Positions 23,585-37,410 are shown, counted from the first letter of the whole stretch. The stretch is 63,618 bases of DNA, filler included, from Chiloscyllium plagiosum (GCF_004010195.1; 3 parts of one record of this genome joined end to end with filler, not necessarily neighbours in it), one strand, 5' to 3'. Translations and numbers: made by a program. Notes: generated by a model from the letters alone, not told the origin.

Positions 23585-26500
23585 TAGTCATAGTCATAGA
23601 GATGTACAGCACAGAAACAGACCCCTCAGATGAACTTGTTCATGTGATCCAGATATCCTCACCTAATCTAATCCATTATGCCAGCACTTGGCCCATATTC
23701 CTCTAAACCCTTCCTATTCATACACCCATCTAGATGCCTTTTAAATACTGTAATTGCACCAGCCTCTACTACTTCCTCTGGCAGCTCATTCCATACACAC
23801 ACCAACCTCTGCGTGAAAAAGTTGCCCCTTAGGTCCCTTTTATATCTTTCCCCTCTCACCTCAAATCTATGCCCTCTTGTTCTGGACTCCCCACCCCAGG
23901 GAAAAGAGCTTGTCTATTTATCCTATCCATGCCCCTCATGATTTTATAAACCTCTATGAGATCACCCATCAGCTTTTGATGCTCAAACCATCCAACACTG
24001 GTAAAATCCTTGTAAATCGTTTCTGATCTGTTTTGAGTTTCACAACATCCTCCAATAGGAAGGAGACCAGAATTGCACACAATATTCCAAAAGTGGCATA
24101 ACCAATGTCCTGTAAAGCCGCAACATGACCTCCAATTCCTATACTCAATGCACTGACCAATAAAGTAAAAAATACCAAACACCTTCTTCACTATCCTATC
24201 TACCTGTGACTCTACTTTCAAGGAAATATGAACCTGCACTTCAACGTCACTTTGTTCAGCATCACTTCCCAGGATTTTACCATTAAGTGCATAAATCCTA
24301 CTTTGATATGCAGCACCTCTCCATTATCTAAATTAAACTCATCTGCCACTCCTCAGCCCATTGGCCTATCTGATCAAGATCCTGTTGTACTCTGAAGTAA
24401 TCTTCTTTGCTGTCCACTGCATCTCCAATTTTGGGTCATCTGCAAACTTACTAACTATACCTCCAATGTTCACATCCACATCATTTACATAAATGACGAA
24501 AAGTAGTGGACCCAGCACCGATCCTTGTGGTACCTCACTGGTCATAGCCATCCAGTCTGAAAAGTAACCCTCCACCACCACCCACTGTCTTCTACCTTCA
24601 AGCCAGTTCTGTATCCAAATGGCTAGTCCTCCCCATATTCCATGACATCTAACCTTGCTAACCAATCTAGCATGAGGAACTTTGTCAAACACCTTACTGA
24701 AGTCAATATAGATTACAAACACTGCTCTAGCCTCATCAATTATCTTTATTACTTCTTCAAAAAACTCAATCAAATTCGTGAGACATGATTTCTCACGCAC
24801 AAAGCCATGCTGAGTAAACCAAATCAGTCTTTGCCTTTCCAAATACATGTACATCCTGTCCCTCAGGATTCCCTCCAACAACCTGCCCATCACCGATATC
24901 AGGCTCACTGGTAGAGTGTTATCTGGCTTTTCCTTATCACCTTTCTTAAATAGTGACACCATGTTAGCCAACCTCCAGTCTTCTGGCCCCTCACCTGTGA
25001 CTATCGATGATACAAACATCTCAGCAATCACTTCCCCAGCTTCCACAGAGTTCTCGGGTACACCTGATCAGGTCCTGGGGATTTATCCATTTTTGTTTTT
25101 CAAGACATCCAGCACCTCGTCTTCTGTAAAATGGATATTTTTCACGATGTCACCATCTATTTCTCTTGATTCTACATCTTCCACGTCCTTCTCCACAGTA
25201 AACGCTGATGCAAAATACTTGTTTAGTATCTCCCTCACCTCCTGCGGCTCGACGCAAAGGCTGTCTTGTGGATCATTGAGGGGCCCTATTCCCACCCTGG
25301 TTACCCTTTTATTCTTAATGTATTTGTAATAACCCTTTGGATTCTCCTTAACTGTATTTGCCAAAGCTATCTGATGTCCCCTTTTTACCCTCCTGATTTC
25401 TCTCTTAAGTAAATGCTTCCCTCCTTTTCTGAACCAAACCCTCAATTTCTCTCATTATCCAGCATTTCCTAAACCTAACAGCCTTTCCTTTCACTCTAAC
25501 AGGAAAATACTGTGTCTAGACTCTCATTATCTCATTTCTGAAGGCATCCCATTTTCCAGCCATCCCTTTACCTGCGAACATCTGCCCCCAATCAGCTAAT
25601 TTCTCCTTTGATTGCTCTCACTTCCTCCAGATGAAAGAGGTAGTCAGGGCACCCACATGAGCCCCAGCTCTGCCTGTCTCTTTGTAGGTTGTGTGAAACT
25701 GTCCATCTTCTGCAATTGCATCGGCACCATTCCCTACCTTTTTGTCTGCTACATTGATGACTATATCAGCACCACCTTGTGCTCCCACAAGGAGGTTGAA
25801 CAATTCTTCAGCTTCACCAACACATTCCACCCTGAGCTTATGTTCACCTGAACCACCTTGGACACCTCTGCCCCTTCCTGGACCACTCCATCTCCAGCAA
25901 TGGAGACTGACTTAACATGGACGTCTTCTACAGACTCACCCACAGCTATCTGGACTACACCTCTTCCCGCTCTGCCTTCTGTAAAAATGCCATCCCTTAT
26001 TCCCAATTCCTCCACCTCTGCAACACCTGCTCCCTGGAGGACCAGTTCCACCACAGAACACATCAGATTGCCTCCTTCTTCAAAAACCACAATTTCCCCA
26101 CTCATGTGGTCAATGATGCCCTCCAGTGTATCTCATCTACTTCCCGCACCTCTGCCCTTGAACCCCAACCCTCCAACGGCAACAAGGACAGAATCCCCAG
26201 GTCCTCACCTTCCACCCCACCAATGTCCGGATATGTTGCATCATCCTCTACCACTTCTGCCACCTATAAACAGACCCCACCACTAGGCAAAACTGTGCCC
26301 ACACCTCCCCCACCCCATGTCCGTCCAAGGCCCCAAGGGAACCTTCCACATCCATCAGAGTTTTACCTGCACTTCCACACATGTCATTTACTGTATCTGT
26401 TGCTCCCGATGCAGTCTCGTCTACAGTGGGGAGACAGGATGATTATTTGCAGAACACTTCAGAGAACATCTCCAAGACACCCATAACAATCAACCCTACC

Positions 26501-27582
26501 GCCCTGTGGATGAACACTTCAACATCCCCTCTTACTCTGCCAAGGACATGCCGGTACTGGGCCTCCTCCATTGCCACACCCTAACCACCCGACACCTGGA
26601 GGAAGAACGCCTCATCTTCCGCCTTTGGACCATCCAACCACATGGCATCAATGTGAATTTCACCAGTTTCTTCATTTCCCCTCCCTCCACTTTATCCCAG
26701 ATTCAACTTTCCAACATGGCACCGGCCTCTGACTTGTCCACCTTCCTTCACACCTATCCGCTCCACCCTCCTCTCAGATCTATCACCATTACCTCCCCTC
26801 CATCTACCTATCACACTCTCAGCTATCTTGTCCCCAGCCCCACCCCCCTCCCATTTATCTCCCCACTCCCTTGACTCACAAGCCTCATTCCTGATGAAGG
26901 GCTTTTGCCCGAAATGTCGATTGTCGTTCTCTTCGGATGCTGCCTAACCTGCCAGCTGTGCTTTTCCAGAACCACACTCTCAACTCTGATCTTCAGCACC
27001 TGCAGTCCTCACTTTCCTTTGAAAGTTCTTGCCTAATACCATCAAAATCAGCCTTCCTCCAATTTAAAACTTCAACTTTTAGTTCTGGTCTATCCTTTTC
27101 CATCACTATTTTAAAACTAATAGAACTATGGTCGCTGGCCCCAAAGTTCTCCCCAACTGACACCTCAGTCATTTGCCCTGTCTTATTTCCCAAGAGTAGG
27201 TCAGATTTTGTACCTTCTCTAGTAGATACATCCACATACTGAAACAGAAAATTTTCTTGTGCACTCTTAAATTCCTGTCCATCTAAAACCTTAACACAAT
27301 GGCAGTCCCAGTCTATGTTTGGAAAGTTAAATTCCCCTACCATAACCACCCTATTATTCTTATATATAGCTGAGATCTCCTTACAAGTTTGTTTCTCAAT
27401 TTCCCATTGACTATTAGGGAGTCTATATACAATCCCAATAAGGGGATCATTTCTTTCTTATTTCTCAGCTCCACCCAAATAACTTCCCTGGATGTATTGC
27501 CAGGAATATCCTCCCTAAGTACAGCAGTAATGCTATCCCATATCAAAACCCCCCCTTTCTAACCTTCCTCCCGCATTTGTAA
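23585..27582 (-). mobile_element. CR1 LINE ORF2 (EN to RT), interrupted by a Penelope-like insertion
   Basis: Minus-strand ORFs 27337..27546 and 26993..27349 (EN) and 24366..25046 (RT); gactatgactat tail at about 23585. Confidence 0.95.
25598..27017 (+). mobile_element. Penelope-like element (RT + GIY-YIG endonuclease, 5'-truncated, decayed) nested in CR1
   Basis: GTHMSPSSACLFVG and YIDD RT motifs, HSYLDYTS, VIYCICC..C..Y.GETG GIY-YIG, EEERLIFRL; terminus with CTGATGA..GAAA. Confidence 0.9.
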
Positions 27583-27829
27583 TATCTAAAAACAGTTCCA
27601 TTTTTCCCGACTCCATAAATATTTCTAACAATCGCTTTTTATAATAATTGTTGGTATATTCATGATACTATCACAAAGCTAACTTTCAACTCCAGATTTG
27701 TGAATTAATATCTATTTAAATTCCACCATTGGCCATGGTGGGGCTTGAACCCATGCCCCTCAAAACATTAGCCTGTGGAACACTATTCCAGTCACATGAT
27801 TAATATGCCAATACTGCCAAGGTCAATAG

Positions 27830-28145
27830 GGTAAGACATTTTCTCCTCTTGGAGAGTCTAGAGCTAGAAATGTAGTTTCGGAATAAGAGGTGACCAATTT
27901 TGGAGATTAGAAGGAATTTCCTCTCTCAAGGGGCATCAATCTTTGGAATTCTTTAAGCAAAAAGGGTGTATAGGCTTATCATTTAATGTACGTAAGGCTG
28001 AGTTAAATATTTTTCAGTCCACAAGGTGGACAATAGTGTCTGGGTGTGCAAGCTGGCAAGTGGAGTTCGGGCCACAATCCGGTTAGAAATGATTCTATCA
28101 TAGAGTGGAATAGGGCTGAGGAAGCTATCTGGTATTGTTCCTGTC
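27830..28145 (+). mobile_element. old CR1 3' end
   Basis: Degenerate gagagtctagagctag...aggaatttc...ctttggaattc CR1 C-terminal pattern. Confidence 0.6.
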
Positions 28146-28310
28146 TGATTAGCATGACTGATTGGACGAGATGTTAATATAAAGTTGTCAAGATACGTTA
28201 TCCATCAAATATCTATCAGTTTGTTTTTGAATCATTTATACCCATAGATTTAAAATAGTCAAAATGGCTTGATATAAATCTGACATTGAAAGGGTACCTT
28301 TAAACATGTA

Positions 28311-29350
28311 CATAGAACATGGAACATAGAACATTACAGCGCAGTACAGGCCCTTCGGCCCTCGATGTTGCGCCGATCTGTCGTACCAATCTGAAGCCCA
28401 TCTAACCTACACTATTCCATGTACGTCCATATGCATGTCCAATGACGACTTAAATGTACTTAAAGTTGGCGAATCTACTACCGTTGCAGGCAAAGCATTC
28501 CATACCCTTACTACTCTCTGAGTAAAGAAACTACATCTGACATCTGTCCTATATCTATCACCCCTCAATTTAAAGCTATGCCCCCTCGTGCTCACCATCA
28601 CGATTCTTGGAAAAAGGCTCTCCCTGTCCGCCCTATTTAACCCTCTGATTATCTTATATGACTCTATTAAATCACCTCTGAACCTTCTTCTCTCTAACGA
28701 AAACAGCCTCAAGTCCCTCAGCCTTTCCTCGTAAGACCTTCCCTCCATACCAGGCAACACCCGAGTAAATCTCCTCTGCACCCTTTCCAAAGCTTCCACA
28801 TCCTTCTTATAATGCGGTGACCAGAACTGTACACAATACTCCAAGTGTGGCCGCACCAGAGTTTTGTACAGCTGTAGCCTAACGTTATGGTTCCGGAACT
28901 CGATCCCTCTATTAATAAAAGGTAAAACACTGTATGCCTTCTTAACAACGCTGTCAACCTGGGTGGCAACTTTCAAGGATCTGTGTACCTGGACACCGAG
29001 ATCTCTCTGCTCATCTACACTACCAAGAATCTTACCATTAGCCCAGTACTTTGCATTTCGGTTACTCCAGCCAAAGTGAATCACCTCACACTTGTCTGCA
29101 TTAAACTCCATTCGCCTCCTCTCAGCCCAGCTCTGCAGCTTATCTATGTCTCTCTGTAACCTACAATATCCTTCATCACTATCCACAACTCCAACAACCT
29201 TAGTGTTGTCTGCAAATTTACTAACCCACCCTTCTACACCTTCATCCAGGTAGTTTATAAAAATGACGAACAGCAGTGGACCCAACACCGACCCTTGCAG
29301 TACACCACTGGTAATTGGACTCCAGGATGAACATTTCCCATCAACCACCA
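28311..29350 (-). mobile_element. young CR1 LINE 3' part with an uninterrupted 313-aa RT C-terminal ORF (runs into gap)
   Basis: ORF 28407..29348 [27 protein letters not shown]; (ttctatg)n tail. Confidence 0.95.
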
Positions 29351-29450
29351 NNNNNNNNNNNNNNNNNNNNNNNNNNNNNNNNNNNNNNNNNNNNTTAATT
29401 AATTAANNNNNNNNNNNNNNNNNNNNNNNNNNNNNNNNNNNNNNNNNNNN
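29351..29450. other. assembly gap with artificial six-frame stop spacer
   Basis: N-run, TTAATTAATTAA (29395-29406), N-run; 100 bp in total. Confidence 0.9.
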
Positions 29451-29700
29451 GAAACTTCTTCACCCAGAGAGTGGTGGCTGTGTAGAATGCTCTGCCCCAG
29501 AGGGCAGTGGAGGCCCAGTCTCTGGATTCGTTCAAGAAAGAGTTGGATAGAGCTCTCAAAGATAGTGGAATCAAGGGTGTGGAAGTAAGGCAGGAACAGG
29601 ATACTGATTGAGGATGATCAGCCATGATCACAATGAATGGTGGTGCTGGCTCGAAGGGCAGAATGGCCTACTCCTGCACCTATTGTCTATTGTCTATTGT
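29451..29700 (+). mobile_element. CR1 LINE 3' end
   Basis: FFTQRVV..NALP pattern; (ctattgt)n tail. Confidence 0.9.
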
Positions 29701-30574
29701 TAGGTCAGAACATTTATCTTCTAAGAGGACTACTGACCATAAAGAGCATGAATCATACTGTCAACAATTGGACATTCGTTATTCCAGCAACTGAAAAATG
29801 AAAACACTTCTTTCCCCACAAAACACAGCAACATTAACTTTCCCAGTCATGAGTATAATGATCCTTTCTGAAATAAGTGAGCTTAAAGGACAGAAAATGG
29901 GATCACAGAATGATGCAGAAAGAAAGAAGCATATTCATGTCTGTGCTGGTTCTGTGAAAGAAGCTATCGAATTAACTACGTAAATGGGCTGATTCCCCAA
30001 AGTGCAGTCAATTATTCCTTGAGAGTATTTCTCCGGTTTCCACTATTAAATTAACTTTCACCATCTTTTCTAGTAGCATATTCCAGAGTGCAGCCACTCA
30101 CGGTATGAAAAATGTGTCTTCATTGCAACTGTATTTTTTAACCAATTACCTTAGATCTGTTCCCTTTGGTTACTGACTCTACTATAACTGGAAACAGTTT
30201 CTCCTAATTTACTCTGTCTAAGTACTTCATGATTTTTGAACATCATTGTCAAATCTCCAATTAATCTTCGCTGTCCCACATTTTATGTGTTTGGAAGAAC
30301 CAGTCACCTGGGAAGAATTGTAGGGTCATAGGCAATAAGAGTTATTCAGCCCATCAGGTCTGTTCTGCAAGTTGGAATGATACTGAGTGAAGAGCAAACC
30401 TGAAGGTAAATGGCTACAGTGGAGCTTCCTCTTTTAAGCCTGAGGAGTGAAACCCAGATTGAGCTCAGTTGGAGCAGCAGCTAAACTCCAACAGGGCCTC
30501 TACCAGAATTCAAAATGGCTGACCTAAAGAAGTACTGATTGGTACTTAATGCTCATCATTTCTTTTCTGGTTGG

Positions 30575-31600
30575 TGATCAGTGACCAGTGAGGTTGTGCA
30601 GGGATCAGTGCTGGGACTGCAATAAATGTTTACTATATATATTAACGACTTGGAGGAAGGAAGTGAATGTACTGTAGTCACATTTGCAGATGACACAAAA
30701 AGTGGGATGAGGACAGTGGGGATACAAACAGTTTAGAGAGAGATATTGCTAGATTTAATAAGTGGGCAAATAGTCAACAAATATATTATAATCTGGAAAA
30801 TGTGAAGTTCTTCATTTTGGAAAGGAGAACAAAAGAACAGAATATTATATGAACAGATGATAATTGCAGAAAGCTGCAAAATAAAGAGACATGGGGGTAC
30901 TTGTGCAGAAAATACAGAAAGCTAGCACACAGGGGCAGCAGGTAGTCAAGAAGGTTAATGGAATGTTGACCCTTATTTTGAGGGGGTTGGAGTATAAGAG
31001 TAGGGAAGTCTTAATTACAATTGTATAAGTTGCTGGTAAGAATACATCTGGACTACTGTGTGTAGTTTTGGCTCCATTATAAAAAAGATAATTTCAATGG
31101 AGGCAGTTCAGAGAAGTTTGGGTAGGATGATCTCTAATACGGACATGCTGTCTTATGAGCAAAAGCCAAACATGCTGGGATTCTACTCAATGGAGTTGAG
31201 AAAAATGATAGGTGATCTCATTGAAACATATGGCATTCTTAAGGGGCTTGACAGAGAAAATGTTAACTGGATGTTTCCACTTATAGGAGAGACTAGAGGG
31301 CAAAGCCTCAGAATAAAGAGGCACCAATTTAAACTGAGGTGAGGTGAGAAGGAACTTCTTAGAAGGTTGCAAGCCTTTGAAACTCCTTGCCACAGAGAAT
31401 TATGGGGCTGGAATCCTTCTACGTATTTAAGACTGAGATAGATAGATTGTTGATCATTAGCCAATCAAGGGTTTTAGGTAAACAGCAAAAATGTCGATGT
31501 GAGGAATGTCAGATCAGCCATGACCCTATTGAATGGCACAGCAGGCTGAAATGGTCAAACAATCTGCTCCTGTTCCTATTTCTTCTGGTCTTATTATTCT
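30575..31600 (+). mobile_element. old CR1 LINE RT C-terminus and 3' UTR
   Basis: QGSVLG, FADDTK and GDLIETY remnants. Confidence 0.85.
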
Positions 31601-33768
31601 ATTATCATCCCAGTATACACATTGATGGCAAAGCCAATATAAGGTATAAAAAAACAACATAAATAAATGAATAACATAATTAAATGATCAATTAAAAGCT
31701 CATTTAGAATGGTGATACAGGTAGTGTGTTAAAGCTGCAGAATGCAGGAGCTTAGGGATACCACGGTGATACAGGGAAATATATCTGAGGTAATGCGACC
31801 CAGGGGACAAGAGTGCAGAAGTGTCAGCCTCAGAAATTGCCCAACAGGTTTGATGTTTTCTCAGTTTATTTGGATAAGGGCAGGGGCTGTGGGATTGAGT
31901 TAAATCACCATGACACCATGGTTCAGGAAGCCATTCCAGTAGGGGGAACCAAAAGTCAAGATCCCCTATGATAATTGTTGTATTCTATGACATGCTCCCA
32001 TAATTTCTTCCTTGATGCCCTGTCCCACCATATAGTTAGTATTAGGAGACCTGATACAACTCCCACAAGCGATATCTTACCTTTATCATTTCTCATCTCG
32101 ACTCAGACTTTCTTTCCCCCATTCTTTGATTCACGGTAACTTCCCAAAATTGGGTCCTTTCCCCCACTATCCAGTTTAAAACCTGCTCTATTTCCCTAGT
32201 TTTGCACTTTGCATGAATACCAGTCCAAATGTAGTTCAGGTGTAAACTGTTCCAGTGGTAGAGACCGCACTTTCCCCAGAACTGGCACCAGTGCCTCACA
32301 AACTGGAAATTACTTCTCTCACATCAGTTGTTCAGTCATGTATTCATCTCTCTAACCCTGTTTACCTGATGCCAATTTGAACATGGTTTAGGTAATAATC
32401 CAGAGCTTATTTCTTTTTGTGGTTCTGTTTCTTAACTGGGGTCCTAGACACTCATTCTGGCAAAGTGGAAACTCTTTCCTATTGCTACATATGTCATTGG
32501 TTCCTACATGGACCACAACAACTGGACCATCTTCCACCTACTGCAGGTTCTTCTCCAGCCCAGAGCAAATATCCTGAACACCTGGGCTCATGTTCTTTGC
32601 TGCAGAAAACAGTATCAATCCCCCGATTCTGCTGTCTCCTACTAATGCATTCCTTTCAGCTCCACCCTACTTGAATGGCTTCCTGAATCATGGTGCTGTG
32701 GTAATTTACCTCAACCGTCCCACATCCTCCGCTCCTCCCGAAATAAACTGAGAGAACCTCAAACCTGTTGAGCAATTACTGAAGCTGACACTTCTGTACT
32801 CTTGTCCTCTGGGTCCCTTTATTTGCCTCATGTCTAGCTTCACCCTCCTGACCCTGAACACTGAACAAAACTGCTGACTCCATCCTAAGAGGTGACACTG
32901 CCTCTAGCAAAAAGAATCTAGATAATCTTCTCATTTCCTGTTGCATTGTAGTTTCTGTAGTTCAACATCCAGCACATAAACTCAGAGACAAAGCTACTCT
33001 AATTTCAAACACTTACTGCCAAGATGTTTCTGTGGATCACAATGACAAAAAGAGGGGAAAAAATCAGATGGGATAAATGGGGAATTCGATGATTGGTTTT
33101 GGGGCAATTTCTTGCACCAGCAGGTTATGATACCAAGTAGAGAACAGGCTATATGAGACTGAGCTTCATCCAACAAAATAGGATTAATTAGTGACTTCAT
33201 AGTGAAAGCACCTCTGGATAGCAGTGAACTTGGTATGATTGACTTTCACACACAGGTTAAGGCAGAGAAGTGTGGATCCAAGACTAATACCTTAAATTTA
33301 AATAAGGGCACTTAAAAGGGCATGAAAATAGAGCTATCAAAAGTGAAATGGCAATGTAGGTTAAGGGTTAGGTCAATAGAGATGCAGGGGTAAACACTTA
33401 AGGGGACATTACAGAATATGCAGAATAGATACATTCCAACAAATAAGAAAACTTCTAAAGGACAGACCTGGTTAAGTAAAAAAGTCAAAAAAATGACATA
33501 TAATTGTGCGAAAATAGTGAGGAAGAAGGTTTTGTGTTACAGGAGGACATAGACAGATTGGTCAGATGAAATAAGTGGAAGGTGGAATATAACCCTGAAA
33601 GTATGGGATGATGCACTTTGGAAAAATATGGAAGACAGCGGAGTACTTAATGAATGGCAGGACATTAGGAAGGTCAGAAAAGCAGAGACATCATGAGCGC
33701 TTGCCCACAATCCCTGAAGGAAGCAGGATTAATTAATAGAGTAGTTAAGAAGGCACAGAGGACACTTG

Positions 33769-33986
33769 TTGAAACTTTATTGCTGGAACAGCACAGCAGG
33801 TCAGGCAGCATCCAGGGAACAGGAGATTCGACGTTTCGGGCACAGGCCCTTCTGCCTGATTCCTGAAGAAGGGCCTGTGCCCGAAACGTCGAATCTCCTG
33901 TTCCCTGGATGCTGCCTGACCTGCTGTGCTGTTCCAGCAATAAAGTTTCAATTTTGATCTCCAGCATCTGCAGACCTCACTTTCTC
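33769..33986 (+). mobile_element. palindromic Penelope-like terminal insertion with 15-bp TSD
   Basis: Perfect 85-bp inverted arms 33769-33853 and 33867-33951; TSD cacagaggacacttg at 33754-33768 and 33987-34001. Confidence 0.9.
33858..33895 (+). ncRNA. minimal type I hammerhead ribozyme motif
   Basis: GATTC-CTGAAGA-A-GGGC-CTGT-GCCC-GAAA-CGTC^GAATC: helix I 5 bp, helix II 4 bp, palindromic ACGT helix III. Confidence 0.75.
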
Positions 33987-35379
33987 CACAGAGGACACTT
34001 GCCTTTATTGGTCATGGCATAGATTATAAGAGAAGTTATATTTGAGCTGTTCAAAATTTTGGTTAGGCCACAGCTAGAGTACTTGGGACAGTACCAATCA
34101 CTGCAATATAGAAGGAATATGATTGCACTGGAAGAGATGCAGATGAGATTCATCAAGATATTGCCTGGGATGGAGCATTTTAGTTATGAACCGAGGCTAG
34201 ATAAGCTCAGAGCAGAGCTTATTTAGAGCAGAGATGGCTGGAAGGGGACCTGATTAAGGTGCATAAGATTATGAAGGGCATGGACAAAGTGGATTGAAAG
34301 CAGCTGCTCCCCTTGGTGAAGAGTCAATAACAAAGGGGCACAATTTCAAGTTGAAAGACAGGAACATTAGAGGGAATTTGAGAAAAGCTTTTCCATCCAG
34401 AATGTGATGAGAATCTGGAATTCATTTTGGTGGGGGTGTTAGTTGAGATGGAAACCTCACAACCTTTAAAAAGTAATTGGATGAGCCCCTGAAATGTCTT
34501 AGAATTAAAGGTTGGAAGTACTGGAAAAAGACGAGTGCAGATTTAGAGTGGTTTTATTGGTGCAAGCTCAATGGGCTGAAGGACCTATTCTGTACTGCAT
34601 GATTCCATGAAATTAGTAATTGAGGATAAAAAGATGGCAGGTGATTTGAACAGATATTTTGCATCAATTTTCACCAGAGAGGGCGCAAGTAAAATCCCTG
34701 AAATACATGTAAATCAGAAATTGAAAGGGAGGGAGGGAGGGACACAAGAAAAGTACAATTACCAGGGAAGTAATGCTAATTAACATTTATAATAGAGATG
34801 AGGAAACAGGTTTTCTCTCAGAAGCTTGCGAATCTTTGGAATTCCCTCCCTCAAAAATTGATGGATGTAAAATCGCTAAATATTTTTTAAGGCAGAGGTA
34901 GATAAATTCTTGATTAGCAAGGGAATGAAAGGGAGTGTGCAGGAATGTAGAGTTGAGGATAAAATTGGATCAGCCATGATTTGAATGAGTGGCAAAGCAG
35001 TCTCAAAAAGACAAGTGGCCTACTCTTGTTCCTTGGTCATGATCAATAATATCATATTTCCAAACCTTCCTGCCTGCTCTCTGTTATATGTGTAACAGTG
35101 CCAACCTCTAATAACTTGTGGTAAGGGTAGTTTGCTGCCACCAATTTCTTTCCTTGACTTGGTCGAAGGCCTATTGGGTTTACAGTGACAAAGGAAGCCC
35201 ACCAGTGAGTCTTAAGGAGTAGACTAATCTTAAACTAGTTGCAGTTTACTGCAATGACTCCAACTAGGTACAAGTTGCACTAGTAAGTTAGACAAAGTTA
35301 CTAAGACTATTGGGAGGCCTGTAGGTACAGGTCTTCAACTGATAAGATTCTCAGATATTCTGTCTTTCTTCAAACAAGC

Positions 35380-37410
35380 CTGTGTGACTTCTTCCGATTG
35401 AATAGAGCTTAATGTCTCTAACATGAATCCTTTCAAAACAATTGACTTACGTAGCACTGTTGATAATGTTTAAACTCCTTTGTTGATCAAAAATCTGTCT
35501 CAGTCTTGAATACATTCAATGACCGAGCCTTCACTGCTCTCTGTGGGTGAGAATTCCAGAGACTAATGACCCACTGAGAGAAAAATAATCACCACATCAA
35601 AGTTGGAATTGAGAGATCATTTATTTTTAAACTAAGCTGCAGTTGTAGAGACCCCTGAGGGAACCATTCTCTCAGCATCTGTATCAGTATCACATTTTAT
35701 TCTTTATTAAACTCCAATATTTATATTCCCAATATGTTCAACCTTTCCTTATAAGACAACCCCTTTTTCCAAGATGAATATAATTGACATTTTCTAAACT
35801 TCTCACGTGGATACTTCTCTTTTTAAATGAGGAGACCAAAACTGTACACAATGCTGTAGCTGTGGTTTTATTTTACATAAAACTTCCTTACTTTTGATGC
35901 TCCATGCCCTTACAATAAGGCCAACTTTCTATATACCTTCATAGTTACTTCCTTTGTGTGCATACTAACCTTTTTTGATTCATGTACTAAGTTGCCCAGG
36001 TCCCTATGTAACACCACATTTTACAGTCTTTCCTTTTAATTGTATTCTACTTATCTATTCTTCCTGCTGTTGTATATAGGCCTGACAGGGTTAATACTGT
36101 TAGAGTTCTATAAGCACCACCCATTGGAATGATGTCATGAGGACTGGAGCGGAGAGCGTTAAGACTCTTGAAGGAGTCAGGCCTAAGACCAGGTTCTCCT
36201 AAATGTTTCTGTAACAAAGTATACCATACCCTTGTAACATGTAGATCATTTTCTCCATTCTAAACTAGCAAGGCTCATGCTCATCCCTTAAGGCCCTTGG
36301 AGTCATTGACATGCAGAGGTCAGTCAAGAGTCAACAATATAGCTGTGGATCTGGATTCATGTGTAAGCTAGACCACGTGAGGATGGCCAATCTCATTCCC
36401 TAAAGGGTGTTGGTGAATCAGTTGAGATTTTAGCAATTGGTGATAATTTCATGGCCACCATTAGAGACAAGCTTTCAGCTCCTGGTTTTATGAATTGAAT
36501 TTAAATTCCACCAGTTGCCACAGTGGAATTTGAATCCATGTATTCAGAGAACTCATCTGTTTCTCAGGATTGCTAATCTAATGACATCCCTTTTCTGCCA
36601 TTTGCCCTATGTCAATGAGATGAAATAAATGATATCTTCTATACAACAAGAGGTTCTTCATTTAAGGCCAGAAGATGGTTATCCTGATCTACACTGGATC
36701 GCTTTAGTTGTAGAAGAATATATATTAGAAAAAACTGGTAGTGGGACATACAATTCCAAGAAAAGTGGAGAACCTCACATTTGCTACATTATTTTCCATC
36801 TGACAATTGTTTTGTCCACTTATTTAATCTACCTATATCACATTACAGACATTTATATATTCCTCACAGCATGCAATCACACTTACCTTTCTATTATCAG
36901 CAAATATAGCTGGAATAAACTCAATTCCTTCACACAATCATTAATGTAGATTGCAAACAGTTGAGGCCACAGCACTGATCGTTGTGGCACTCCACTAGGT
37001 ACAGTTGCTAAACTGAAAATGACACATTCATTGGGACTCCGTTTCCTGTTATTAATCCAATCCTCTATCCAAGCTTCATCATCTAGATATTGAGTTGTTA
37101 TCATGTACAATACCCTTTTATGTGACATCTTATCAAATGCCTGTTTGGAATCCAGTTGCATCTTCTGTTGGTTCCCTTTCACTCAACTTACTTGTTACAT
37201 ATTCAAAGAACTTTCGTAAGTGTGTCACAAAAATAAGTTCAGAAAACGTGTATTGACTCTGCTTGATTGTTTTATGATTTTCTGAATGTCCTGATACTCC
37301 TTTCTTCCAAATACCAAGTTTCCCAATGACAGATGTTAGGCTTACTGGCCTATAATTTTGTGGTTCCTGTCTCTCAATTTTCTTGAATAGAAACATTACA
37401 TATGTTAGAG
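35380..37410 (-). mobile_element. old CR1 LINE (RT) interrupted by an insertion at about 36068-36755
   Basis: NYRPVSLTSVIGK, AFDKMSH, GVPQRSVL remnants (ORFs 37133..37417, 36883..37182). Confidence 0.8.
36270..36600 (-). mobile_element. tRNA-derived SINE (same family as 15557-15875)
   Basis: cagaggtcagtcaagagtcaac...gctgtggatctgga is the antisense of the family core. Confidence 0.6.

Larger units (their letters stand above)
31690..35040. mobile_element. cluster of old CR1 fragments (ORF1-like pieces in both orientations, ORF2 pieces on +)
   Basis: Esterase-like HW.QFWGK..LY.W..LHLN on minus (ORF 32093..32299); decayed EN/RT text at 33060-35040. Confidence 0.7.

Noticed and set aside
28407..29348. 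Long ORFs (313 aa here, 312 aa at 54489-55427) as host genes
   Set aside because: They are CR1 RT C-terminal fragments with LINE tails and lack the EN domain
29351..29450. TTAATTAATTAA palindrome between N runs (also 60624-60723)
   Set aside because: Identical 100-bp design twice with stops in all six frames: a scaffolding spacer, not biology. Adjacency across these gaps is uncertain.
33745..33967. Near-identical ORFs on both strands
   Set aside because: Trivial consequence of the palindrome
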